Below, piece by piece: positions 31,159 to 42,402 of a stretch of 64,000 nt of DNA (position 1 is the stretch's first letter; each line of letters starts with the position of its first letter). Origin of the DNA: an uncultured delta proteobacterium (GTDB taxonomy: Bacteria; Desulfobacterota; Desulfobacteria; Desulfobacterales; SG8-13); contig CAWKCK010000007.1 in the NCBI GenBank assembly GCA_963848135.1, positions 68,121 through 132,120 of the forward strand. The letters run 5' to 3'. The notes beneath the pieces are model-generated. The model was not told the DNA's origin. It ran no database searches and saw only the letters and a program-made list of their open reading frames with translations. The position numbers were made by a program, and so were the translations under genes.

Positions 31159-31875
31159 ATGAACTTGTTTGATATCACTGAAGAATTGATCGTGGACCTG
31201 AGCGTGCTGAACTTTGGCCCGCCGGTCACCCACGTCTACAACCCCCTGGTCTACGCCCGCAAGGCCTACGATGTCTATTTGAGCCGCTATGCTCTTCCCC
31301 CAAAGGAGATCGTCCTGGTGGGAATGAACCCGGGCCCCTGGGGCATGGCACAATCCGGAGTTCCGTTCGGTGAAATCCATGCGGTCAAAAGCTGGCTTAA
31401 AATCGAAACGGATATCGGCACGCCTCGGGTCACGCATCCCAAAAGACCGGTTACTGGCTTTGCGTGTAAAAAAAGCGAAGTCAGCGGAAAACGCCTGTGG
31501 GGATGGGCCCGCAATTCCTTCGACACCCCGGAGAATTTTTTCAAACGATTTTTCGTCGCCAACTACTGCCCCCTCCTTTTCATGGATTCAAGCGGTCGCA
31601 ACCGGACGCCCCCCAATCTCAGGGTCAACGAGAGAAAACCGTTGCTCGACGCCTGCGATCGCGCCCTGCGTCGAACCATCGCGTATTTGAAACCCCGATT
31701 TGTCGTCGGTATCGGAAACTTTGCCAGGGATCGCGCGATCGAAGCTTTGGCCGGGATGAAATTGACCATCGGTGGCATTACCCACCCCAGCCCAGCCAAC
31801 CCGAAGGCCAATCGCGGCTGGGAAACAGCCGCTCGGAAGGAACTGGCCGCTATCGGCATTCAACTCGAAAAATAG
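31159..31875 (+). CDS. SMUG1-family single-strand-selective uracil-DNA glycosylase
   Basis: YNPLVYA, GMNPGPWGMAQSGVPFG, SEVSGKRLWG, NYCPL and HPSPANP motifs. Confidence 0.93.
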   Translation: MNLFDITEELIVDLSVLNFGPPVTHVYNPLVYARKAYDVYLSRYALPPKEIVLVGMNPGPWGMAQSGVPFGEIHAVKSWLKIETDIGTPRVTHPKRPVTGFACKKSEVSGKRLWGWARNSFDTPENFFKRFFVANYCPLLFMDSSGRNRTPPNLRVNERKPLLDACDRALRRTIAYLKPRFVVGIGNFARDRAIEALAGMKLTIGGITHPSPANPKANRGWETAARKELAAIGIQLEK

Positions 31876-32037
31876 TTTTGCAAGGGTGTATATAAACTTA
31901 CGATCTGGCGCAACACGGGTATACCCTGTGGCCGGAAACGGAAGGGACGGTCGGGGGCAGGGAAAGAATCGGTGGTCCCTGCTGGCCTCAATACGACACC
32001 AGGCAAATTTAACCGCCGACGGAAAATTGAGCGGATA

Positions 32038-32394
32038 TTATTTTGATTTGGTGCTGTCCGGTTCGAGAACCGCCACCCGCTTGACCATCGTCAATATGGT
32101 TTCTTTGAGCTTTTTCGGCGGTTTGACGAATTTGACGCCCATGCCAGGATCTCCGGTTGTATCCGAATCGTTGACCCATACGACCTTGGCGTTGACTGAT
32201 ATTTCCTCGATGTTGCCGATAGAGAAGGTCAGCTTGGTGAATTCACCGACCGGTGGGGCGCTTTCGGTTTGAATGAACATTCCGTCAACGGATATATCCT
32301 TGCTGAACGAAATGAGATAGTCGCCTTCATTAATGAAATTGATCTCGTACTTGCCCGGTACGCGAATGCTTGACCTGCGGTCAGCCTCTGACAT
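32038..32394 (-). CDS. Stand-alone PilZ domain protein (c-di-GMP receptor)
   Basis: RRSSIR (RxxxR) and DISVDG (DxSxxG); GMGVKF. Confidence 0.9.
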   Translation of the reverse strand: MSEADRRSSIRVPGKYEINFINEGDYLISFSKDISVDGMFIQTESAPPVGEFTKLTFSIGNIEEISVNAKVVWVNDSDTTGDPGMGVKFVKPPKKLKETILTMVKRVAVLEPDSTKSK

Positions 32395-32545
32395 TTTCGA
32401 TCTCCTTTTGCGATATGAATGATAGCGGTAAGCCGCTACCCTTTAAAAAAGTCTGGATATTTGTTAGAAATTAAGCCAACTAAAGTCAAGAACAATATTC
32501 ATTCTCATACCGATATTACCGGCAACATTCAATAAAGGGGAGTCT

Positions 32546-32734
32546 GTGGTCATGACAACCTGGGAATTTGCACTTACGGCAGCCCTGTTGCTTTACATTG
32601 CGGTTTGCTTCGGCAAAATCGCCGCCCGCAACGGTAAGAATCCGTTTCTTTACGGTCTGCTGTCGATTATATCTCCGATCAACTTGATAATCCTCGGTAT
32701 CTGGGCGTTTACCGACCCGCAGAAACGCCGGTGA
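32546..32734 (+). CDS. Small hypothetical membrane protein
   Basis: SD GGGGAG; two hydrophobic segments; GKNPFLYGLLSII. Confidence 0.6.
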   Translation: MVMTTWEFALTAALLLYIAVCFGKIAARNGKNPFLYGLLSIISPINLIILGIWAFTDPQKRR

Positions 32735-32847
32735 TGTCATCCCGTCAATATTTCCTGACTTGCGTGTTTCAATATATACGCGGAATAGTGCAGGTTAGTA
32801 GACTTTGTTCCCATGCTGATATCACGGTTTTAACTAGGGTGTTGGAA

Positions 32848-32975
32848 AACGTCATGAGCGCCGGCAAGACAAGGCAAATTCCGACGAAAAAGCGGAGTTT
32901 ATGTGTGATAAATGAGCATTTTCGATGAAGCGGGGGTAGAAGCCCCCCGGTTCAGCCATTAACGCCGTATTGTCA
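32848..32975. repeat. REP/MITE-like element (inverted copy of the 47434-47477 core)
   Basis: The 44-bp core AACGTCATGAGCGCCGGCAAGACAAGGCAAATTCCGACGAAAAA matches the reverse complement of 47434-47477 at 42/44. Confidence 0.8.
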
Positions 32976-33076
32976 AGCGCAATAGTCTTTCAACAGCCGG
33001 TTAAAGGAAGTTGCAGCGAAGATGCTGGTAAACGACTGATCCCTGTTTGGATATTTCACAAAAAGGAAGATAATCC

Positions 33077-33619
33077 ATGTTCTTTGAACTGATTAAAAAA
33101 AGACGCAGCATTCGGCGATTTACCTCTGCGGCCATTGAAACCGATCAAATCGAACGTCTCAAGGAAGCGGCCCTCAGGGCGCCTTCATCCCGGGGTTTGA
33201 ATCCATGGGAGTTTATATTCGTTACCGATCGCGACCTGCTCGATAAACTTGCCCGGGCCAAACCACACGGGTCATCGTTTATGTCCAGTGCCGCACTGGG
33301 AGTTGTGGTTTGTGCCGATCCGGCCCGGTCGGACGTCTGGGTCGAAGACACGTCTATCGCCACCATTTTTCTCCACCTGGCAGCCGAATCACTAGGGTTG
33401 GGAAGTTGCTGGATTCAAATCCGAAAGCGGATGCACGCTGACGGCGTAACCGCAGAAGCGTTTATTGCAAAAGCGCTGAACCTTCCATCCCATCTGGCCG
33501 TAGAGGCGATGGTTGCCATCGGATACCCGGCCGAAAAGAAATCTCCACATGGCAGCGGAACGCTTCAGCAGGAAAAGGTTTTTCTGAATCGCTATGGTGT
33601 ACCGTTCAAGCAGGATTAA
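33077..33619 (+). CDS. Nitroreductase family protein
   Basis: RRSIRRF, APSSRGLNPWEF, LGLGSCWI and AIGYP motifs. Confidence 0.95.
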   Translation: MFFELIKKRRSIRRFTSAAIETDQIERLKEAALRAPSSRGLNPWEFIFVTDRDLLDKLARAKPHGSSFMSSAALGVVVCADPARSDVWVEDTSIATIFLHLAAESLGLGSCWIQIRKRMHADGVTAEAFIAKALNLPSHLAVEAMVAIGYPAEKKSPHGSGTLQQEKVFLNRYGVPFKQD

Positions 33620-33649
33620 TACGAATCGACCGTCAGGTTCTCATCGCTG

Positions 33650-33859
33650 GTGACGGCCATGCAAAAAACGCTTATCATTGCCGGTGTTCTGTTGATTATG
33701 ATCGGGCTCCTGTGGCCCTGGGTAGTAAAGTTGCCTATCGGCCGGTTGCCGGGTGACATCGTCATCAACAGACCCGGATTGAAGGTTTATATTCCGGTGA
33801 CGACAATGGTGCTGATCAGCGTCATCGTTTCGCTGATCCTGTGGCTTATGAAAAAATAG
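33650..33859 (+). CDS. DUF2905 family small membrane protein
   Basis: IGRLPGDIVI...YIPVTTMVLISVIVSL signature. Confidence 0.85.
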   Translation: MTAMQKTLIIAGVLLIMIGLLWPWVVKLPIGRLPGDIVINRPGLKVYIPVTTMVLISVIVSLILWLMKK

Positions 33860-33875
33860 GTGACGAAAAATAAAC

Positions 33876-34178
33876 ATGCTACGGAAATCCTCACTCATCA
33901 TCGCCATAGCAACGGCGCACTTTGTGATCGCAAAAATCATCGTCGCCCTTACGATGCAAATGGGCATGTTCGCCGCGGACGGCAACCGTGCCACCGGATT
34001 CATCGGTCACGTTCTGGTCTGGATCACGCGTGGGCTTTACTTCCCGGTTATTTCCCTTTCTCTCTATTCGCGCCAATGGTTCCCTGGCAACTGGATATAC
34101 GTTCCCATGGTCGCCAACAGTCTTCTTTGGGGTATAACACTTTACGGGATATTCCGCCTGACAAGACGCCCGCGGTAA
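33876..34178 (+). CDS. Hypothetical membrane protein
   Basis: About 3 hydrophobic segments; co-oriented and closely spaced. Confidence 0.6.
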   Translation: MLRKSSLIIAIATAHFVIAKIIVALTMQMGMFAADGNRATGFIGHVLVWITRGLYFPVISLSLYSRQWFPGNWIYVPMVANSLLWGITLYGIFRLTRRPR

Positions 34179-34293
34179 ATGGCAAAACTCACAGCAACCA
34201 TTGCGCATGCATTCAAAAAGGGAGCCGGATGTTTGAATCGAAATTGAATACCCTTCGCTCCGGCGCCCTTTCAGCTAACGGCTCAAGGTGGTT

Positions 34294-35631
34294 ATGACCG
34301 CAAATACGAATGAACTTCACCACCCACCGGCCCATCTATCATGGTTGGTTTGGGGACTTGGCGCCCTCCTGTATCTGTTCGGGTTTTATCAGCGCGTCGC
34401 TCCGGCGGTAATGACCACAGAACTGATGAACGATTTCAACATTGGCGGTGCCGCACTGGGTCACCTCTCAGCCTTTTACTTCTACAGTTACGTTGCCATG
34501 CAAATCCCCACCGGCATCCTTGTGGACAGCTGGGGTGCTAAACGGTTACTGACCCTGGGTGCCGGGATCGCCGGTATCGGCAGCTTGGTTTTTGCCTCGG
34601 CACCAAATGCACTCTGGGCCGGATTCGGGCGGATGCTCATCGGTGGGTCCGTTGCCGTGGCCTGGGTGGGGATGCTCAAACTGGCTAGCCAATGGTTTGA
34701 ACCGCGGCGCTATTCTTTTGTTACGGGAATTGCACTTTTCTGCGGCATTGTCGGCGCGGTGGCGGCCGGGATGCCTCTGCGTATTCTTATCCATGCCTAT
34801 GGATGGCGACCGGTGATGTTGTATTCAGCCGTGATGGCTTTCACTATCTGTGCCGGGATCTGGTGGATTGTCAAAGACGATCCAAGCGATAGAGGTTATC
34901 TGAGCTATGCCCCGGAACAGACTCCCCGGAACAACCGGACGCTATCTGATATTTCCGCCGGTTTCCTCGAGGTCCTCCGCTATCCGAATACCTGGCTCCT
35001 GCTCGTCATTCCAGGCGGCCTGGTCGGCTGCGTATTGACATTTTCAGGGCTCTGGGGCGTCCCTTACCTCATGACCCACCATCACATGACCGATACCCGA
35101 GCCGCCGGTGTTTCCTCGATGCTTCTGGTTGCCTGGGCTGTCGGCGGCCCGATATTCGGTGATCTTTCCGACCGTTTCGGTCGCCGCAAACAGCCTTATA
35201 TCATCGGTTGCACGCTGGCGGTTGCCGGTTGGAGCCTCATCTTGTTCGTTGCCCCTATGCCGTTTCACTTGCTCATCCCCATTATGTTGATCACTGGTTT
35301 TGCCTCAGGCTGCATTATTGTCAGCTTTGCTTTTGCAAAAGAATCGGTACCCCCGGCGCTCACCGGAACCGTTTCCGGAATCATCAACATGGGTGTCATA
35401 ATGGGCCCGACCCTTCTGCAACCGGCCGTCGGCTGGGTGCTCGACAAGAACTGGGACGGAAAGATGGTGAACGGAGCCCGCGTCTATGACCTGGCGGCCT
35501 TTCGATCCGGATTTTCCCTCATGATTGGCTGGGCCGTTCTGTCTCTGGCCTTGCTCTTTTTCACCCGAGAAACCGGCTGCCGCCAATTAGTTTCCCAACC
35601 GAAACGCGCACCAAGGAAGGAGACGCGATGA
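34294..35631 (+). CDS. MFS transporter
   Basis: FYQRVAPAV, GILVDSWGAKR and GDLSDRFGRRK loop motifs; about 12 TM. Confidence 0.93.
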   Translation: MTANTNELHHPPAHLSWLVWGLGALLYLFGFYQRVAPAVMTTELMNDFNIGGAALGHLSAFYFYSYVAMQIPTGILVDSWGAKRLLTLGAGIAGIGSLVFASAPNALWAGFGRMLIGGSVAVAWVGMLKLASQWFEPRRYSFVTGIALFCGIVGAVAAGMPLRILIHAYGWRPVMLYSAVMAFTICAGIWWIVKDDPSDRGYLSYAPEQTPRNNRTLSDISAGFLEVLRYPNTWLLLVIPGGLVGCVLTFSGLWGVPYLMTHHHMTDTRAAGVSSMLLVAWAVGGPIFGDLSDRFGRRKQPYIIGCTLAVAGWSLILFVAPMPFHLLIPIMLITGFASGCIIVSFAFAKESVPPALTGTVSGIINMGVIMGPTLLQPAVGWVLDKNWDGKMVNGARVYDLAAFRSGFSLMIGWAVLSLALLFFTRETGCRQLVSQPKRAPRKETR

Positions 35632-35963
35632 CGTGCCGACGATCCTTTGCGATAGCAACCTTGTCCATCGCCCTGATGCTGCAGATGTATTCATGTGCAA
35701 CGATTCCGGAAACAGAAAATAAGCAGCTTGATCAACTCGCGCAGCAGCTCGTCGAAACAGACGAGCGTATGGTGCAGGCGTGCAGAAATCTCGGATCTGT
35801 CAGCCGATCGGCCGATATGGATAAACTTTTCGCGGTTCACCTTACAAACAGAAATATACAGGCCGTCAAACGGCAGGCGGCACAATTGGGTGCTACACAC
35901 ATCGTTTGGCTTTACCGTTACAAAAGTTCAGCCGCAGCCCAGGCCTATTCCTGCCGCGATTGA
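35628..35963 (+). CDS. Putative lipoprotein
   Basis: Signal peptide ending MYSC; Cys pair; QAAQLGATHIV...AYSC resembles DUF4156-type small lipoproteins. Confidence 0.65.
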   Translation: MTCRRSFAIATLSIALMLQMYSCATIPETENKQLDQLAQQLVETDERMVQACRNLGSVSRSADMDKLFAVHLTNRNIQAVKRQAAQLGATHIVWLYRYKSSAAAQAYSCRD

Positions 35964-36084
35964 CGGCTCGCGAACCTTTCGACCGCTACGATCACCCTCG
36001 TATGGCGAGCGCATTGAACTTTGGCGTGGAAAAATGACATGAAAGTGGACCTTCACTTCTTTGTTTTTCGTAAAAACCAGCGCC

Positions 36085-36522
36085 ATGGATAAAAGCAAAG
36101 CGTACATCCGCATGTGCGATCGCGCTGAAGAAATCCAGTGCCTGTGGAAACCGGCGCATGGCGATTTTTACGCCGAAGCGAATGGTCAGGTCCGATGCTG
36201 GATAACCATGAGCCCACCACCTGAGCGTTTCAAAAAGGGTTTCGGTATTTGCGTAAACAACGGTATTATTCACCTGTCGAAGTACACCTGGTTGCCCCGG
36301 CAGGACCAATTGATCGAAATGGCCCAAGTACCGGGTCGCCGATACGAAAGTGTGATCCAGGATTTCTTCGACTGGACGAAGCGGCCGTATGGTATCGGCC
36401 CAGGCAATCCCGGTCGCCTATTCAAAACCATGGAAAAAATCTGGCTGGTCTTTGTTATGCAGCAGAAAATCAATCGGTTTTGGGATGGAGATGCCTGGGT
36501 AAGAGGATCTCAACCGGCTTGA
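36085..36522 (+). CDS. Hypothetical protein
   Basis: Open frame with WLPRQDQLIEM; no family recognised. Confidence 0.65.
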   Translation: MDKSKAYIRMCDRAEEIQCLWKPAHGDFYAEANGQVRCWITMSPPPERFKKGFGICVNNGIIHLSKYTWLPRQDQLIEMAQVPGRRYESVIQDFFDWTKRPYGIGPGNPGRLFKTMEKIWLVFVMQQKINRFWDGDAWVRGSQPA

Positions 36523-36738
36523 CACCGCCCAGTGAAAAAAAACCATTTATGAATGGCCATTCAATCGTCCAATCGACTTTTCACGAATGGACACTCTCTC
36601 GGTAAATGAATGGCTCAATGGAAATCCTGGCCTTTCCGCCGCAACATACCTGGCCTATCCGCCGCAACATAATGGAACACTATTTTGACAACCACTGTAA
36701 CCAAAAGGCTTGATCAAAGCGATAATCATGTGATTTAG

Positions 36739-36930
36739 TTAGTGTCCGTCCATAAATGGCTTTTTTTCGCTGGGTCCCGCCATGGCGGGATCATCCGCAG
36801 GTTTCCGGCTGCGGTGTACGAAAAGTACACCTCGCCGCAAACCTTTGTGCGGCCTTGCCCAGTGAAAAAAATTCTCATTTATTAACTGGACACTCAATCG
36901 TGCGATCTATTTTTCGTGGATGGGCACTAA
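36739..36930. repeat. MITE-like element with imperfect TIRs; partial right-end copy at 36528-36597
   Basis: Left end TTAGTGTCCGTCCAT, right end TCGTGGATGGGCACTAA; inner IR TTTTTTTCGCTGGG/CCCAGTGAAAAAAA. The exact reverse complement of the 17-bp right end occurs at 44943-44959. Confidence 0.7.
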
Positions 36931-36984
36931 CTATCCCAAATTCGGCACAGATTCTGATCATGATGCGTGAGGAAAGGAATTTTA

Positions 36985-37401
36985 ATGATTTACATCGGTG
37001 AGTTCTTTCATCTGACCAATCAGGAAGAAATTGAAGAGCGCGATCGTAGACACGGGGAATTCAATCTGATCGTTGATGCCCCGGATAGCCAGACGGCAAT
37101 CAACAAGTTTAAGCAGAGAATCATCGAATTTCGGCAGAAAAGCGAATTCTTCTCGGGAGACTGCAAGATTTTTTTCATCCGCCTGTTGGAGTTCCAAAAT
37201 TTCCCTCAAATCAAAGCTTTGATGCTGAATTACAAGTCGACGGTTGGAGATCCACTGGTACCCTTCATCGGCTGCACCATCCCGTCTGACCAGGCCAATG
37301 CCTGCCGCATCTATAATTGGAAGGACAATGCACCGGAGATCGACGGAAAGAACGAGAACCTTTTTATCGAATTCAAGGGAGAAATCAAGCAGATCGATTG
37401 A
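36985..37401 (+). CDS. Hypothetical protein
   Basis: SD AAAGGA then ATG 36985; no family recognised. Confidence 0.65.
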   Translation: MIYIGEFFHLTNQEEIEERDRRHGEFNLIVDAPDSQTAINKFKQRIIEFRQKSEFFSGDCKIFFIRLLEFQNFPQIKALMLNYKSTVGDPLVPFIGCTIPSDQANACRIYNWKDNAPEIDGKNENLFIEFKGEIKQID

Positions 37402-37503
37402 ATCGGTTTTTCTGGCAATCGGCGCTGGATCGACGGTTCCCGGCAGAGTTACCCGGAGAAAAGCCAGATCCGCAAACCGTGTGATGAGAAACGGCCGCAG
37501 GAC

Positions 37504-37785
37504 TTATCTTTTGTACACCACCGGTCCGCCCGTGGATGAGAGGTTCTCAAGAAGCAGGGTTCTTAATTTATGCGAAAACGCTTGGGGAACGGGATTTGCG
37601 GTCATGCTTCCGCATAAGTGGATGGTCGTCTTGAGCGTTGCGAGGCAAATCTTACAGGCGGCGCAGCGCTCGATATGTGACTCGATTTCATTGCATGTCG
37701 CCGGATCCAACTCACCATCGATATATTCGGACAGCTTCTCAAACATCGCCACGCAGTGCTTATGGTCGCGTTCATCACGTGCCAT
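37504..37785 (-). CDS. Zinc-binding anti-sigma factor (zf-HC2)
   Basis: LSEYIDGEL and HIERCAACKIC (HxxxCxxC); overlaps the sigma gene stop. Confidence 0.88.
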   Translation of the reverse strand: MARDERDHKHCVAMFEKLSEYIDGELDPATCNEIESHIERCAACKICLATLKTTIHLCGSMTANPVPQAFSHKLRTLLLENLSSTGGPVVYKR

Positions 37786-38389
37786 GTTCAAAATACCCTT
37801 TTAATTTATCCCGCAGATACAGCCGTGCCCTGTGGAGTCTGACTTTCACGTTTGAGCGCTTCAAGTCGAGTATCTGTGCCGTCTCAACCGTTGAAAATCC
37901 TTCTATATCCCGCAGGACGACGATCACACGGTACTTTTCCGGCAATGAGAGTATCGCATCTTTCAGATGCTGGAAAAGTTCTTCGTTCAATACCTGATCC
38001 AGAGGCAATTGGGCCCAATCGGGGATGTCGTTTGGTCCTGTCGCATCTTCTTCCGGAAAGAAGTCTTCCAGGGAGAGTTCCCTCTCGGGAGCGAATTTGG
38101 ATTTTCTGCGTTTTTTTATGCAAATACTTGCGGCAATTCTATAAAGCCAGTTTTTGAACTTTGTTTCGTATCTGAAATCTTTGAGGTACTTGAAGACATT
38201 AAAAAATGTATCCTGCACGACATCTTCGGCATCGCAGGCATCCCCGCACATTCTCAATCCAAAATTATACAACTTCTGCTCGTATCGTTTCACGAGCTCC
38301 TGAAAATACTCGTGCCGGCCTGAATTGATGGCCTCAATCAGTTCGGTATCCCTGTCCTTTATCTTTTTCCGGTTCCGGCTCGAAGTCAT
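37775..38389 (-). CDS. ECF (sigma-70 group 4) RNA polymerase sigma factor
   Basis: DAEDVVQDTF, FKNWLYRIA, LPEKYRVIVVLRDIEG and VKVRLHRAR motifs. Confidence 0.95.
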   Translation of the reverse strand: MTSSRNRKKIKDRDTELIEAINSGRHEYFQELVKRYEQKLYNFGLRMCGDACDAEDVVQDTFFNVFKYLKDFRYETKFKNWLYRIAASICIKKRRKSKFAPERELSLEDFFPEEDATGPNDIPDWAQLPLDQVLNEELFQHLKDAILSLPEKYRVIVVLRDIEGFSTVETAQILDLKRSNVKVRLHRARLYLRDKLKGYFEHGT

Positions 38390-38825
38390 GATTTTTTTTT
38401 CTTGTCACCTGACAAGCATCGCTCATTCAGGTTGAAACGCCCATTTTCGGCAATAGGTAAGCCTGCAGAAAAATCCACACGCCGATCACTGCCAATAATA
38501 TCAGCATTTCGTTCATATGCTCTCCTCCCTATGTATAAGAAGTCCCATGCCGGATGTCCACTTTCCAGCGGTTTAACGGCTTTGCTATTGGCTCGAAAAT
38601 GGCCATAAGAATACATTTTGTCATTCGAACGTTTTTTTCACCAACCACTTATGCACCCTTGCGGATATCGGAATTTATTTTTGAAAAGCGGTAAAAAGCC
38701 AACCTTTTCCTGCAATCATGACGCTATTCCGATTGAACGGTCTCATATTTTTACGCGGCATGCAATGCCGGGTTCAAAAATCTGCGGGTAGAGAACCACT
38801 AATGGTTTTTCGGTTACATACAAAT

Positions 38826-41278
38826 TCAAGCAATGACCTTGGCTTTATAGAGCCGCAGACTGTTGCCAACGACCGAAATGCTGCTGAAAGCCATGGCCAG
38901 AGCGGCCATAATCGGATGGAGCTGCCGCAGAAAATGCGGCAGGCTCTCGAAGGGGTTGAGGATGCCGGCGGCGATCGGGATGAGAACGACGTTATAACCG
39001 AAGGCCCAGAAAAGATTCTGCCTGATCGTCCGCATGGTGGCCCGGCTGATCCGGATGGCACGCGGCACACCGGTTAGACTGCCACTGGAGAGAATGACAT
39101 CGGCCGTTTCGATGGCCACATCCGTACCGGTTCCGATGGCCAATCCGACGTCGGCCTGGGCCAGGGCCGGCGCATCGTTGATCCCGTCTCCGACCATACC
39201 GACTTTTCGGCCATCTTTTTGAAGCATAATGATATGACCCGATTTCTCTTCGGGTTTAACCTCCGCCATGATTTCGTCAATATCGACCTGATTTCCAATC
39301 GTTCGCGCCGTCTGCGGGTTGTCGCCTGTCAGCATCACCACCTTCATCTTTTCACGATGCAAGGCGGCAATTGCAGATTTTGAGTCCGCCTTCAGCGTAT
39401 CCGCAACCGCGATCAGCCCGTATACCGTGTTTTCACCGGCAACCACCATGACAGTCTTTCCCTGGCTCTGAAATTCACTGATCCGCTCCCCAATCGGTTT
39501 GAGGTTAATGCCCTGATCTTCAAACCACTGGGGTTTTCCGACACGGATTTTGACGTCCTGAACCGTCGCCTGTACCCCCATACCACCGGTGGCTTTAAAT
39601 TCTTGGGGTTGATTCAGATCGATGCCCCTCGACCGGGCGGCCTTCACAACCGCCCTGCCCACCGGGTGTTCAGAGCCCTGTTCGACGGAAGCACTCATTT
39701 GCAGCAGCCGATCGACATCACCGTCAATCGCATCGAAAGCCACCATATCGGCTACCGCGGGTTTTCCTTCCGTAATGGTCCCGGTTTTGTCCAGTACAAT
39801 GGTGTCGAGATGGGTGGCTGTCTCTAGGGCCGTGCTGTTTTTGAAAAGGATCCCGTTTTCCGCCCCTTTGCCGGTACCGGCCATGATGGCTGTCGGTGTG
39901 GCCAAACCAAGTGCACACGGGCAGGCAATCACCAGAACCGCCACCAGGCGAATCATGGATGGGACGAAATCTCCCGTCGTAATCCACCAGACGGTAAACA
40001 CGAGAAAAGCGATAATGATAACACCGGGTACAAATACCGCGGCGACCTTGTCCGCCAGCGCCTGAATCGGCGCCTTGCTGCCCTGGGCCTCCTGCACCAA
40101 ACGGATAATCTGGGCCAGAACTGTATCACGGCCCACACGGGTTGCCGTGAATTGCAATAAACCCTCACCGTTGATTGTCCCGCCCACCACCGTGTCACCG
40201 ACGTGCTTGTCGACCGGCAAGGGCTCACCGGTCAACATCGATTCGTTCACGCCGGATTCGCCGGACAACACGATGCCATCCACCGGTATCCGTTCGCCCG
40301 GTCGAACGATGACCGTATCGCCCACATCGACACGCGCTAATCGGTATGTCGATTTCTTTTCCCTCACGCACAACTGATGCTGTCTTCGGACGCAATCCGA
40401 TCAATTTACGAATGGCTCCGCCGGTACGGCCTTTTGTTCGTGATTCGAGCATTTTCCCCAGTTTGATCAGGGTGATGATCACGGCCGAAGTTTCAAAATA
40501 CACATGGGTGCCGAAATCGGGTACCAGAAGCACAGCCAATGAATAGACATAGGCTACCGTAGACCCCATAGCCACCAGAACGTCCATGTTGGCGCTTCTG
40601 TTGGCCAGACTCTTCAGGCCGCCCCGATAATAGTCCCAGCCGGTGTAGAACTGGACCGGTGTCGCCAGGGCCAAGAACAACCAGTTCACCCAGGCGGCAT
40701 GACTCCAGGCCCCGACAAGCCCGAAGTCGCGCGCCATGCTCAGAATAAACAACGGTAGGGAGAAGGCGACGCCGACAACGAACTTTTGGGTTTGGTCTCG
40801 GATTTCGGCATCCCGGGCCAATTTTTCGGCATCTTCCGCATCGAGCCCTTCATCCGGCAGAACAGCGCCGTAACCCGCGTTTTCGATGGCCGCGGCCATA
40901 TCTTCCGGGCTAGGTAAGTCCCGGGATATATGCGACTGTCGCCCTTTCAGATGCAAAGTTGACCGTCGCCGTCAGCACACCTGGAACCTTTTTGTTCAGG
41001 GTCCGTTCGATATTCATGGCACAATTGGCACAGGTCATCCCTGTAACCGGGAATTCGACCGTGGCACTACCGACATTGAAACCGGTCTTTTCGATCTTCC
41101 CCACCAGGTCGCGCAGCGCTATTTTCTGTGGATCAAAACTGATCGACGCTTTTTCGCTGGCAAAGTTCACGTTGACATCCGCGACACCCTCCATTTTTTT
41201 GACGCCACGCTCGATATTGGCGGCACAATTGGCACACGTCATCCCCGTGATCGGTAATGTGATTTTCTTCTCAGGCAT
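38826..41278 (-). CDS. copA: Cu(I)-exporting P1B-type ATPase with two N-terminal HMA domains; two +1 frameshifts (~40912, ~40337)
   Basis: GMTCANC x2, [27 protein letters not shown] and YN...MAFSS, spread over three consecutive ORFs that rejoin on removing one base at each junction. Confidence 0.92.
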
Positions 41279-41380
41279 ATCGATTGGCTCTCGGTTCGGC
41301 GGCTGGGTTTTACCTTGACAGGAGCGATTGTTACGGTCGGAGATCGGGTATCTGGCGGATCGATGCAGATGTGAGGAGCA

Positions 41381-42230
41381 TCAACGTCTGACAATGAACC
41401 AGGGATTCAAAATATCGGACCGGTTGTAGCGCAAGGGTTCTCCGGTTTTGAAATCGAGCAGCTTGGCGCCGGCCATTTCCGCGACGGCCTGCCCCGCGGC
41501 CGTATCCCACTCGCAGGTGGGTCCGAGACGGGGGTACATGTCCGCTTTGCCCTCGGCCACAAGGCAGATCTTCAGCGAACTGCCGGCGGAAATGAATTCA
41601 ACCTCGCCATGCTCCCGTCGTTTTTCCTCCACAAATTTCTTGAGTTCCGGATTGGCATGGGAGCGGCTTCCCACGATGATGAATGGAAGTCCCTGCGGAC
41701 GTTCTATGGGCAATTGAATGGAGTTTTCGATAAGCTGAATGAAAACGCCATTCACTTTCGATTGATCGGAATTCTGTACCAACCCGTCGAGCTGGGCCGG
41801 GTTTTCGTTTTTAAACGCACCGATCGTCTTGGCTGCAAAATAGAGCGCTTTCTTAACCGGAGCGTAGACAACCCCAAGGGCGGGCATTCCATATTCAACC
41901 AGCGCGATGTTGACGGTGAATTCATCGTTGTGCTTGATAAACTCCTTGGTTCCGTCCAACGGATCGATGATCCACAGCCGTTCCCAGTTTTTCCTGTTTT
42001 CATAGGGGATTTCGCGCCCTTCCTCACTGAGAATCGGTATGTCCAGTGCGCGAAAGCCTGTCCATGAGCAATTCGTGGGATTTCCTGTCGGCACGTGTCA
42101 GCGGTGAATTATCAGCCTTGTGCTCAACCGCGAACTCCGAATCGTATACCTCAAGTATCGCCTGCCCCGCCTGCAGTGAAGCAGCAATCGCCTTAAGCAG
42201 AAAGGATCTGTATCCATTCGTATCAGCCAA
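41381..42230 (-). CDS. cysQ: 3'(2'),5'-bisphosphate nucleotidase; one +1 frameshift (~42050)
   Basis: KADNSPLTRAD (ORF 42024-42230), then ILSEE, WIIDPLDGTKEF, GSSLK and EWDTAAG (ORF 41381-42094). Confidence 0.9.
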
Positions 42231-42402
42231 TCGTCGCTCCCTTCATCAGTACTGTTTGCCCGACCTTGCAGCGAGTTCCGGTTCACAAATTGCGACGTTG
42301 CCGAATCTCGTGCGATCGCTTTATCCGTGCCAACGATCATCGGTGCACGCCCCCGATCCGAAATCTTCACATGCGGGCGTTCACCGATTTCATGATCCCA
42401 GT

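Noticed and set aside
32925-32960. tRNA-like GCGGGGGTAGAAGCCCCCCG segment
   Set aside because: It forms only one hairpin inside the repeat element, with no T-arm, anticodon arm or CCA end.
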